Source: Girardia tigrina (Eukaryota). Taken from it: a stretch of DNA of 50,979 nucleotides. Location: the NCBI GenBank assembly GCA_001938485.1, contig MQRK01237544.1, positions 1 through 50,979 on the forward strand, read 5' to 3'. This document shows positions 35,001 to 47,079 of this stretch, piece after piece. The number at the start of each line of letters is the position of its first letter. The first letter of the stretch is position 1. A program made the translations under genes and the position numbers. The notes under the pieces are model-generated. The model was not told where the DNA came from and searched no databases. It saw only the letters and a list, made by a program, of their open reading frames with translations.

Positions 35001-35850
35001 CGATATGGAAATTAATTAAGACATCAAGTCAATTGTCTCAGAATTCTCAAGTTTGTTCTGTGAACGCGGGTCTCCCAAGGAACTAATTATCGATAATTAT
35101 ACCACATTTCATTCAGTAGAATTCAACAAACTAATGGAAAAATGGAACGTTCGAGTCATGTATCGTGCCATCAATCGACCCAACTGCAACGGAATAATAG
35201 AAAGGAATCATAGAACAATCAAAAGAATTGCGTCNNNNNNNNNNNNNNNNNNNNNNNNNNNNNNNNNNNNNNNNNNNNNNNNNNNNNNNNNNNNNNNNNN
35301 NNNNNNNNNNNNNNNNNNNNNNNNNNNNNNNNNNNNNNNNNNNNNNNNNNNNNNNNNNNNNNNNNNNNNNNNNNNNNAGATTATGTTGAGAATCAATTAG
35401 TGTGGGTAAAACCGGAAAACAGTACACCATGTACACAGCAATGGACCAAGGGTGTTGTCGTGAAAAGAATAGATCAAAGAAAATATCTAGTAAATTACAA
35501 CGGATTTTGTGGTCCAAGACATATCGCAGATATTCGACCTAGACAGCCTGACTTGGTTGAAAATTCCAAGTCATACTATATGAATATGGAGGAAACTGCA
35601 TCACTACCAGACAATCAAACACAAGAGGAACAATCATTGAACTGTAGGCCTAGTAGAGAAAGACGAAAACCGCCTTATCTAAATGATTACATTGTGGATT
35701 CAGATTCTTCTGTGGACGAATTTGGTGGGAGTGTTGGATATTAGATATTTTAATTATTTGAAATATTTAATATTTACTTTTTTGATAAATATTTTGTTTA
35801 AATATTATCAATTAAACAGTGTTGTGAAAATAAACTTTTCGCGTGTTACA
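32012..35850 (+). mobile_element. Structurally complete 3.8-kb LTR retrotransposon (gag, PR-RT-RH-INT) with 119-bp LTRs
   Basis: LTRs 32012-32130 and 35732-35850 (TG...CA, 1 mismatch). TSD TATAA. Gag from ATG 32146 with CYKCQKPGHIAKYC. Protease LIDSGC, RT YIDD, RH WCDAS...INVAELEAV, integrase H..CH..C and PNCNGIIER. Several stops and frameshifts. Confidence 0.95.
32131..32142 (+). promoter_or_regulatory. Non-canonical primer-binding site complementary to nt 1-12 of tRNA-Lys(UUU)
   Basis: AGCTATCCGGGC lies immediately after the 5' LTR. Its reverse complement GCCCGGATAGCT is the conserved 5' end of metazoan tRNA-Lys(UUU). Confidence 0.75.
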
Positions 35851-35969
35851 TATAACTTTTTAAAATATTAACTCGTGCTGAAAATACCGGTACTTCGAAA
35901 TATTCTAATAAATTTACATTTTTAAAGGTTAATTTAAAATATATTTGATTTGGAAATATAACGTTTTTT

Positions 35970-36300
35970 AGAAGGTTTGGACTATCATGAATTTTATTCT
36001 GATATTTATTTGAGAGAAAGTCATCACAGATTTAATTATTCAAAAAATGTTCCACACATTTTAAAGGAAAATCCCTCATCTTTTCATTTTCTACCCTTAC
36101 CCCTGACGGATTTATATGATATAATTTTTAATACCAAAAACAATGAAATAAATATGTTTGAAGAAGATAATTCTCAGGTATTATTAAATTAAAATTATTT
36201 TTTATGATTCCATTTTGTTTAGAAAGATTTTATGGATATATTATTTTTGGAAATTCATAAGATAACTTCTTATATCAAAGAAAAACTAATCAATTCTTTG
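35970..36300 (+). other. Possible host exon(s) with a short GT-AG intron (36178-36222)
   Basis: Open frame 35977-36177 ends at CAG|GTATT, followed by a 45-bp AT-rich intron ending TTTAG. No recognisable homology. Confidence 0.3.
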
Positions 36301-37799
36301 TTCCCTAATACAATTTTAGTTGAAAAATCAAGTAGTAAAGAATTTAATTTCATTACATATGATAATTATGTTTATATTAGGAAAGGAGTTACTTAGACAA
36401 AAGGTGATATATTATTATAATTATAAATAAACATAGAAAATAAAATTTATGTACTTTAATATTTAAGACAACGCATTTCGAAATATTTAAAAAAATATCA
36501 CCAGAAAAATTTTCATTCTGATTTTGGGTACACAGAGAAATAAATAAATCTTTGGATATTAATTTATTAAAAATTAATATAACTAATCATAAATAATCAC
36601 ATTCTCATTACACAAACATTAGCGAGACAAAACATTGATCATGTCTGAATTACATAATCAAGAACTACTTAAAAGCAATTTAAATAATTTTAAATTAACT
36701 TAATTACTATGTTTTCTAAATTTATAGTTTACCCCTTAATTGCAACCAATCGATTGTTATCCATGAAAATATTGATTATTCATAATCAAAATATTTTGAA
36801 TAAAAGTTTTTATCTAATTATAATTCACAATGAACATATAGAGCATGGGATGCATTATTTAAATATTGTAAACTTGTCAATCATTTTATAAACCAAAAAA
36901 AATAGGTTCACATCTGATTTCATTATGTATAAGTGTATCATGGTTGCATTGTGATCTTAACAATTCAATTACCAATTAAAAAATAGTACAGATAATTGAG
37001 TACTAAGAAATTTCATAAAATGAAACAACGAAACTCATAATGAAAAATTCGGAAAGTGTACAAAAATATTTAGAAAGTTTTGTTAAAATAAGTTGTGGGA
37101 CCTAGATATGCAGGCTTTAAATCATGAATGTATATTTATTCTGAATTTTTTTTTGATCTGATAAAGATAATTATATGTTCGAAATTGATTATCTAAAAAT
37201 TTTCATTGTATTAATGAATTTTTATATAACTTGTTGCAAATATTTTTCAGCTATATTTATTTATAAAATATATGTTATAAAAAAAATTAAGTTTACACGA
37301 TTTATTCAGTTAAAGGACTCTAAAGACTCATCCTTTAGTTCTTTCAAAAATCCAATATTAGGAGTGGAATTAAAATCCGTAAATATTTTTGTAATGTAGA
37401 AAATAAATACAAACATTTTTAGACTAAAAGGGATACACTTCAATCAATCTTGACAAGCAATAAATGGAAACCACATAATCTAGTTAACGAAGAAAACCAG
37501 ATTATTCAAATGAATTTGACTAAAAAGGAGTATAATTTACCGAAATTAACTCCCAGTCAAAATATGATAACGAATAGTTCGTGAGTATTTTTAATTCTTT
37601 TTGTTAAAGTATAATGGTAAAATAAAAATTTAATATTGTTTATAAATATATTAAAATTAAACATTTTAATAATTTTGTCTAAAAGACTTTAATTTTGATT
37701 ACAAAGTGAATTAGATTTGAATTTAAAAAATAGCATCGAGTGAAATAGTCAATAAACTTTCTTATGGTCTATAAACTTCCATTTGTGTACCAAACCTAA

Positions 37800-39038
37800 A
37801 TTACGAAAGTATTCATTTTCGTCTTGTTACGAGTCTTACAATTATTTAAGTATTATAATTATAGGCAGTCTAATCACTAAATACTGACAAATCTGCATGC
37901 TCACGACCATCAAATTATTATTTCGAAGAAACGTTACGACTTTAACTATTGAATGGCAAATCACCATGAAAAAAATAAAAGGACTGGTATCATCCTGGTA
38001 CCTAGAAGGGCTTCCCCTGACGAAAGGAAATTGTATATTTGTCCTTTAGTCATTGAGGTTGACACTCTACACATTCTCTTCTCTATGAGTCATTATATCA
38101 TCTGTCTAATTAGAGTAAAATCACGAATGCCAATCTTTTAAAACGCAAATACTCATACAGAAAAACCGCGGACACGACAACACATGATCACATATATTAG
38201 ACTCTGATATGTCGGGCAAAAAAGAGTCGAGGTAGTTTCTTTGGTGGGAAGAGAATAAGCGCTTTTCTGATATGATCATCGCAGTACTCATGACGATTTG
38301 AGAACATATGTACAAAAAATCGAAAATATACTCGTCAAAAGCGCCAATGTAAAGGGGTAGTGTTATGGTCTGGGTGATGGTTCTGCATAACGGACTTCTT
38401 TCATACAAAATCATAGAAGGAAAATTCGGATCTAAAGATTATAAGCAATATTAATACATAATGCTATTCCTATCATAAAACTTAAGTGTGGTGATAATTT
38501 CTACTTCCAGGAAGACAATAGTCCGGTTCATAAAAGCTAACTTATAAAGGACTTTATGAAAGAAAGTGAAATTTCTGTACTAAATTGGCCTGCGAAAAGT
38601 CCAAATTTAAATATTACTGAGTACATGTGGAAGAAAATATCCGACATTGTTTCAATGGCGCTCAGTATAAAAATAAGGCAGAATTATGCTTATCCATCAA
38701 AAATGCCATACACTTGATTAACTATCTAGAAGACATATTGTTATCGAATTGTATATGTCAATAAGAAGTCGACTGTGCAAGATATTAAAAGTGAATGGAA
38801 ATCTGTACAACAGTTTAATGTCCTAGAATAAATGTTACTGTTTTAAAAAAATTTCGTTTTTAACTATGCATGAAATTTAATTTTTCAATAAATTTTTTGC
38901 ACAAATGCAAATTAGTGAAATTTTTTTTACTCTTTCTAAACTTTAAAATTTAAATAACACATAAAAATTTTAATATTTGTACATATCATTACGATATAAA
39001 CTAAAGTGTAAGTGTGTTAAAAAATTTATCGCTCAGTA
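37800..39038 (+). mobile_element. Degenerate Tc1-like (DD34E) transposon
   Basis: RFSD, GGSVMVW, FYFQEDNSPVHKS and LNWPAKSPNLNITEYMW motifs. Right end ...ATCGCTCAGT lies next to (TA)n. Left TIR not found. Confidence 0.8.
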
Positions 39039-39049
39039 ATATATATATA

Positions 39050-40140
39050 TTAAGAAGGAATCATGGAAAAATAAAGATAAACATAAATACAGGTAAAAAA
39101 ACCTTGTGATTATAGATGGTATAATAAAGACGAACAAAGGAAAAATTTGGATACCGGAATCAAATAGAGAAGAAATGATGATGCAGATACACGCGTTACT
39201 GTCTCACGCTGGTAAGGTAAAAGTGACAAAATATATTGCAGAAAAGTATGATATGACTAACCGAAATGAAATGATAAAGGAGGTAATAGGACCATGTGAA
39301 GCATTTCAAAAAAAGCAAAACAGTAACGACGGTCACGAAAGAAAAACGAATAACATTTGTCGCAAAGGAACTATTTGATAAATTATATATCGATATTTGT
39401 GGACCACTAAAAGAGACACAGAGAAAGAAAAATTACATCGTCGTAATCATCGATCAATTCAGTAGATATATTTCATTAAAAGTGGTTAAGACGAAACAAC
39501 AATACAGAATACAATTATGACAAAATGGATTTTACGATTTGGTGCTCAGAAAGAGATTCATACAGATTGTGGTAAAACTTTCGAATCGAAGGTAATAAAA
39601 GACATGGCTAAAAGTGTGAGCATTAAAATGTGTTACTCAAGTCCGTACCATCATAACTCGAATGGAATAGTAGAAAGACAATTTCGGACGATAATAGAAT
39701 ATTTAAACGCATTGTTACATACAAAGAAAGGATCAGACTGGGAGGAACTACTACCGGAAATAGAATTCACATTAAACGCAACTTTTCGGACAACAATATG
39801 GAAGAGACCAGCGGAAATTATATTCGGTAAGAAAATATATAGAGAAGGATGGCATAGTCAAGATACAAAGGTACAGCGAGAGAAAGAAAAAGAAGAAACA
39901 ACATCCAGAAGAAATTTCGAAATTGGAGAGGAATTACTAGTCAAAGCGGAAACGGGGATAAAGAGTAAAGATACCATATAAAGAGTAAAGGACTGTATAA
40001 AGTAATAGAGAAAACACATGACAGAAGGTATAAAATAATAAATGACGATGGAAGAATTTTAGATCGCAACGGGGAAAAATTGAGAAAATTCTTAAAGAAG
40101 TAGGGATATTAGGGATTAATTTAAATTTGCATTTCTCCAA
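39050..40140 (+). mobile_element. Gypsy integrase fragment with PPT and LTR stub
   Basis: IHALLSHAG, LYIDICGPL, IIDQFSRY, HTDCGKTFES, SSPYHHNSNGIVER. Ends KFLKEVG followed by a purine tract. Confidence 0.88.
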
Positions 40141-40194
40141 AAAAATTTTGGTGTTAAATTATGAGTATTGATTTCTAGTGATGGAGTGGGGGAG

Positions 40195-42277
40195 CTGGTA
40201 TTTCTGGGACATACAATTAACAAAGAAGGTATCTCAACAAATAAATTGAAAGTGGCAGAAATTCAAAATTTTCCGATTCCGAAGTGTACTCGAAATTTAC
40301 GAGCATTTTTGGGTCTGTGTAACTACTATGGACGATTTATCAAGAATTACGCAGAATTAGCAGCACCGTTGCACATTGCATGCAGCGGAAAATGTAAAGA
40401 AATATTTTGGTCAGACGAGTGCGACAGAAGTTTTAACGAATTGAAGCAAAAGTTATGTGGTGCACCAATATTAGCATTTGTGAACCCGAATAATAATTTC
40501 CTCTTAGACACAGATGCATCATTCGGATCGATAGGAGCAGTTCTTAGTCAGATATCAGAAGAGAAAGAAGTAGTAATCGCGTATGCATCGAGGACTTTAA
40601 CCACACATGAAAAAGGGTACTGTGTGACAAGAAAGGAACTATTAGCTTTACAAGAGTTCATGTTACATTTCAAGCAATATTTATATGGCAAGCGATTTAC
40701 AGCAAGAACTGATCGTAAAGCACTGGTGTATATGAAGAGTACTTCCAAACCAATAAATCCTCAATTCCAGATATGGTTAGCAAACATGGTTGATTTTGAC
40801 TTTGATTTGAAGTATAGAAAAGGTGACGAACATGAAAATGCAGATGGATTATCACGGCTATACGACGACGTTTGTGCACAGTGTGAAACAAAACACGAAG
40901 AACCAAAATCAACAAAAGCAAGGGTGAAGCACATCAATACAGTGGTGATTCAGTATACAATTCAATGGATAAAAGACGAACAAGAAAAGTGCTCAGAGTT
41001 GAACCAGTTGAAACAAATACAGGAGATAGCAGAGGGTGAAAAGAATGAAATCACCAAGGAGTTATTACAACTGAAGGACCAATTAGTTTATCAGAATGGG
41101 TTATGGGGTAGGCAAGAAGGAAATTGTGTGTTACCATTGGTTCCGAAGCAAATTAGAAGAGATTTCATCAGGAACATACACAGAGATTTATGTCATGTAG
41201 GTATCAAAAAGACAAAGAAGTACATCCAAAATCATTTTATACTACCAGATTTAGCGAAAGAGGTGCAAATTGTTATAGGAGAATGTCAGGAATGTATACG
41301 CAGAAAAATTCCAAGTGAAGAAACAAAAGAGAAGTTGATTCCAATAAGAAGTGACGAGTTTTTAGAGCAAGTCGTGATGGATATCGCATATGTAGGTGAC
41401 AAGAATAGCAAGTACCCATATTTATTGGTCATGGTGGACCAGTTTTCGAAATTGGTCTCTTTGACAGAGATTAGAACTCAAAACGAAGACACTATAGTTC
41501 AATGCGTATAGATATGGGAAGCCAAAAACAATATTAATAGACAATGGAAAATATTTTACCGGCGGAAAATTTAAAGATTTTTGCAGGAAATATGGAATCG
41601 AACAAAGATTTAGTAGCCCATTTCAACATCAATCAAACGGGTTGGCAGAAAGAACTATTCGAACAGTGAGAGACATGATAGTAACAAGCAGAGGAGATAC
41701 AGACAAACGATCATGGTGGCAAATTGTTCTGAAGATAGAATTCTGTCTAAATGCAACAGTTCAGAGTACGACCGGATATTCGCCTTTCGAAGTTGTGTTT
41801 GGTAGAAAAATAAACTTACATGCTACAGCAGGAATAGCTAAAACAGAAGAGAGCAACGTGATTAAGATGAAGGTAAGAGAAAATTAAGAGAAAGCGGCAA
41901 GACGAATGGAAAATTGGGAGAGAGAGACGAGAACAAATCGACATTTCGAGGATGGTCAGAAAGTCTTTGTAAAACAAGATTCTACAAAACTGAGAAAGGA
42001 TACCTTCCCATTCGATGGACCGTACCAAATTTTAATCGTCACACCAATTGGAACTACAGAATTTGAAAGATGGAAAAATAATTCGTCGAAGAATTGAGTG
42101 GATTAAGAAAGTGAAAAACGAATTATAAAAGAGGGAAAGTTGTGATTATTATCTGTTTAAGTATTCTAAAAAGATTGTAAATAATTAATAAATTCTACTT
42201 GTTGTTATAATGAATAATGAAGTGAAACCTGGAGATTTAACTATGAAAGTGGCATAAACACTACTTACATTCTAACA
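40195..42277 (+). mobile_element. Gypsy RT-thumb/RNase H/integrase fragment plus probable 3' LTR (~42141-42277)
   Basis: FLGH, LRAFLGLCNYY, LDTDAS..GAVL, NADGLSR, H..CH..C..C, VDQFSK, QSNGLAER and FDGPYQI. PPT AAAAGAGGGAAAG, then TGTGA...CTAACA. Confidence 0.9.
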
Positions 42278-42318
42278 AATTTTCGAGGAACAATTTTTTT
42301 TTACACAAACCTTTTATA

Positions 42319-43547
42319 TTAGGTTGTTCGATATGAAACGGGTCAAAATTAAAGTAAAATGTAAATCGATTTTTTTTAAATAATAACATTTTATTTTTAA
42401 TCAAAATATCCCCCCATGTTGTCAACACANNNNNNNNNNNNNNNNNNNNNNNNNNNNNNNNNNNNNNNNNNNNNNNNNNNNNNNNNNNNNNNNNNNNNNN
42501 NNNNNNNNNNNNNNNNNNNNNNNNNNNNNNNNNNNNNNNNNNNNNNNNNNNNNNNNNNNNNNNNNNNNNNNNNNNNNNNNNNNNNNNNNNNNNNNNNNNN
42601 NNNNNNNNNNNNNNNNNNNNNNNNNNNNNNNNNNNNNNNNNNNNNNNNNNNNNNNNNNNNNNNNNNNNNNNNNNNNNNNNNNNNNNNNNNNNNNNNNNNN
42701 NNNNNNNNNNNNNNNNNNNNNNNNNNNNNNNNNNNNNNNNNNNNNNNNNNNNNNNNNNNNNNNNNNNNNNNNNNNNNNNNNNNNNNNNNNNNNNNNNNNN
42801 NNNNNNNNNNNNNNNNNNNNNNNNNNNNNNNNNNNNNNNNNNNNNNNNNNNNNNNNNNNNNNNNNNNNNNNNNNNNNNNNNNNNNNNNNNNNNNNNNNNN
42901 NNNNNNNNNNNNNNNNNNNNNNNNNNNNNNNNNNNNNNNNNNNNNNNNNNNNNNNNNNNNNNNNNNNNNNNNNNNNNNNNNNNNNNNNNNNNNNNNNNNN
43001 NNNNNNNNNNNNNNNNNNNNNNNNNNNNNNNNNNNNNNNNNNNNNNNNNNNNNNNNNNNNNNNNNNNNNNNNNNNNNNNNNNNNNNNNNNNNNNNNNNNN
43101 NNNNNNNNNNNNNNNNNNNNNNNNNNNNNNNNNNNNNNNNNNNNNNNNNNNNNNNNNNNNNNNNNNNNNNNNNNNNNNNNNNNNNNNNNNNNNNNNNNNN
43201 NNNNNNNNNNNNNNNNNNNNNNNNNNNNNNNNNNNNNNNNNNNNNNNNNNNNNNNNNNNNNNNNNNNNNNNNNNNNNNNNNNNNNNNNNNNNNNNNNNNN
43301 NNNNNNNNNNNNNNNNNNNNNNNNNNNNNNNNNNNNNNNNNNNNNNNNNNNNTCCATTGCGCTGTTTGATTGTTTGTTGACAAGAAACTATTCAATATAT
43401 TTGAAATTAAATAATTGATTTTTAAAGAGGAATAATATATCTGTCAAGAAATACCTTATTTATTTTCATACCATAGTTCAAAGTTAAGTTATACGCGATT
43501 GAAATGTAAGGTGTGAAGTTTGACCCGTTTCATATCGAACAACCTAA
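42319..43547 (-). mobile_element. Mariner transposon (interior mostly N gap)
   Basis: Perfect ~29-bp TIRs TTAGGTTGTTCGATATGAAACGGGTCAAA with TA TSDs (42317-42318 and 43548-43549). About 1.23 kb. Transposase C-terminus CVDNMGGYFD* on the minus strand. Confidence 0.92.
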
Positions 43548-43792
43548 TACATAAAGATAATGTTACAGAAATATTAATACTTAAATTATTATTTCTTTTT
43601 TTTGGAATTTACCAAATTAATTTAATAACATTTATTTTATTAAGATTTGATCCTTTAAAGATTTTTTAAAAACTTTTTCCTTTTAATTTATTATTTAAAA
43701 AATCTTCATATTAGAAATATATCAATTATCCAGATTCCATTTTAATTATTAAACGTACTGTTTAAAAAATCTTAAACTAACCTTTTCATTTT

Positions 43793-44232
43793 TATTAACA
43801 ACATCAATATGATTTTTTTGAACATTTATTAATATCACTAGCAGAATTGTCATTACAACAATTTTTCAAACCACTTTCGCTATTCGACGTTTTTCTTGAT
43901 TAATATATTTCTGAGTTTCATCCTAATTTTTGAAAATAAATGAAAAATATTTATTAATACTAATTAATTATCAAGATTCTAATTTTTTCAAATTAAATCT
44001 AAACATTTTTTTAAAAAGTACCAATTAAATTAATATTTTTAATTTTAAATTACATTTAAAATTAAATATTGCATTAGAAAAATTTTTTTAATCTTTTTAC
44101 TTTAAAATTAAATTCAATTATTTTCAATTAGTAAGGATCAAAGAAAATTCCAATCAGCCATCTGGGTAGGAGAGACAATCCAAATCAACATGTAACATGC
44201 AAAATATAAAACAAAAAATAATTCAAATCACA
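43793..44232 (-). repeat. Solo LTR of the TG...TA family, reverse orientation
   Basis: Minus strand has TCTCCTACCCAGATGG and the 3' end ...TTGTTGTAATGACAATTCT...GTTGTTAATA. The 5' boundary is uncertain (44232 or 44375) and the TSD is unclear. Confidence 0.7.
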
Positions 44233-44689
44233 ATTCGATTTTATTTCTTATAAAATTTGCACTTTTATAATATGTTTAAATAATAAAATTCTCATTCAAA
44301 TTTTATTATAAAATCTTTTTAAATATTTTAAATATTAAAATTAAAACATTATGTGAGTTCCCCAAAATCCTAACAATATCGTTTTTAAATCACGCATTTG
44401 AGCTTCATCGACTCGAGGTCCAAATAGCTACTGTCAAAATAGCGACCAATTCAAAAAAGAGAATTTAAAAAATAAATTTATAAATAAAAAGCTATACAAT
44501 AAAAAAACATTTATTTCCAAGTTTAAGAACTCTCGTAAATTGCATTGATGTTGAAATTGTTGTAGTACAATAATTCTTTTATTCAAGGCTGCATATTTTA
44601 TTTCTTTTCGGAACTAAATCTGTCTTGTAAAATTTGGATGTAATTTAATTCGAGATTCAAAGGAGTTGAGAAAAAATTTGCCTTTTTTC

Positions 44690-47060
44690 CTGAAAGGATC
44701 TGTTTTTAAAATATATGAAAATATGGATGAAAAACAGAGAGACTATGATTAGATAATGAGTATTTTAATTAAGGCGTTTGATATAGACGAGTTCGACTCA
44801 TTTAAGCGGTTATTGAACCGCAGGTTAAAGAATGATGAAACCGTAGATGAATATTGGGCTGACATGAATGAGCTAGTAAGAAGTGTAGAAAATCTAACCC
44901 TATGCGCAATATATCATGGTTTACCGGTCGATGTAAAAAAGGAAATCAGACGAAGTCAGGTAGTGTCGCTTTCCGAAATGTTGAAGCTCGCTAGAGAGTT
45001 GTTGATATTTGAAAGGAATGCTGGAAATGGTCACTTCTCGAACTAATATCACAAGAAGACGTGATGGGTTTAACAATTGCAATGTTAAAGTCTATAAAAA
45101 GCCACAAGAGTCAAATGACGGTGATGTTAGAACTGCGGAAGAGAATCGCCATAACAGTTCTCCACGGTCGTCAAATAAGTTTAACGTAACGTGTTTTAGA
45201 TGTTTGCAGCAAGGTCATTTTGCCAACGAGTGTAGAAATGGGTTAAGGTGCAAAGCATGCAAGAGTTATGGTCGTTCGCATAAGAATTATCATTCGGGAA
45301 ACGGAGATGGGAGTACCTCTCAGTAGAGGCCGCATGTACTCCTGGATTAAGATTAATTACTAGTTCGCTTATCATTAATGTCCGTGAAGTTGAAGCTTTA
45401 CTCGATTCCGGTGCATCTAGAACTATCGTCGTCGGAAAGCCGTCGAAATTTGATAGGACGATAACTATGATGGATTGTAGTAGAGTAGGAGGGTATTGTT
45501 GGTGATGAAAAATGTTCTACGGCAGATTTGATTGTTAATAAAAGGTTGTCGGGTTATAAATCGGTCTTGATGTGATTCAGAAATTTGGAGGTGCGAAGAT
45601 TGATAAAGAGGCCTTTTTCGGCTGTGAGAAAGTAAATTGCACAGTGACGGATGTCTTGCACAATCGACTGTATGAAAATATCAGAGAAAAATTTTGAGGT
45701 GTCATATGAAAAGTGTTGGAAATTGAGATGAAAATGGTCGTCAGGAGAAGAACCCAAATTTGATTATCGTTGTGATTACTTCAATGTCAGTGCATCATCA
45801 AAGGTCAAATTCAAAGAAGTTATAGAACAGTAGAACGAAAAGGAATTTATAATTTTGTATGACAAATGTAAATTTGGGCCGCTTAAGTGTACTATTCCCA
45901 TCTTTCCGATAGTGCAAACAAATAAAGACAAAGTTCGACCTGTTTTCGATTTTAGAAATGTCAATAAGTACGTAGATGTGTATAGTGGAAATATTGCGGC
46001 CTGTGGTGAGAAGCTCCGGAAGTGGAGAAAAAAGTCAGACAATTGTGTGATGTTGGATTTGAAGAACGCATATATGTAAGTGTTCGTTGGAGAAGAAATG
46101 CTGTCGTATCAAACGGTGTTGTATAAACATAAGAGATATGCGTTAACCAGAATGTGTTTTGGTTTAAACGTGCGACCAACGGTTATGACGAAAATAGAGG
46201 AGACAGTCTTGTCCATGGATCCTGATATTAATAAAGCCACTGACGTGTATATTGATGATATATTCATGGATGAAAGTATCAGTAGAGAGCGTGAGGGAGC
46301 ATTTACTGAAATTTGGATTAGTTTCGAAAGGTCCTGAAAAATTTAAGCAAGAAAAATCAGTGAGAGTTTTAGGTCTAGAAGTGTACCGAGACGATCGCGG
46401 TGTGTTTTGTTGGAGACCGGTGAATTTAAATCATGAAGACGTCAAAACAAGACGAGATTGGTATTCCTTTTGTGGTCAAACCATTGGTATCAACCCTGTC
46501 TGTGGTTGGTAAAGAATTGCAACTTCGTATCTTAAAGTGCAATCTACCGGAGACTGGGACAGTCAGATACATGACGAGTTGAAGAAAGCGGTCGGGGACA
46601 GTGTGGTAAGGATGAAGGTAAATGATTGCGCGAAAGGAATTTGGTCAGTGAAGAATAATAATAGAGCCACCATCTGGTGTTCTGCCAGTTTATTGGCATT
46701 ATGAGTCTGTTTAGATGTTGATGGTCAAAGAATTGAGGACGTTTCATGGCTCCGAAAAATTAATGACTGTATGCATATTAATTTAGCAGAACTAGAAGCG
46801 GTCATTAATGGGTTAAATTTAGCAATCGCTTGTGGTTTTTCCGATATTGAACTGAGACTCAATAGTCAACTGGTAAGTGGGTGGATATTGATTGTAATGA
46901 TAACACTCAAAGAAACAAGATTAAGGATGATTCCGAATTATTAATCCGAAGAAGATTTAACCTGCTAAAAGATCCCGTGAGTGAATATAATTTAAAATTG
47001 CGTGTGGTCTACGTCAGGTTCGAGATGAATGATGCAAATATTCTCACGATAATTCCTCAA
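44690..47060 (+). mobile_element. Decayed relative of the 32012-35850 element (gag, PR, RT, RH)
   Basis: CFRCLQQGHFANEC, LLDSGAS, KVRPVFDFR, YALTRMCFGLN, YIDD and IEDVSWLRK..HINLAELEAV. GGGAAAC at 45296 has a -1 frame that runs into the protease. Confidence 0.88.
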
Positions 47061-47079
47061 AAATGTCACAGCATCTTGT

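Noticed and set aside
42397-43395. Long ORFs of X residues (also at 11771-12493, 13480-14101 and 50565-50762)
   Set aside because: Artifacts of N gaps; only the flanking residues are informative.
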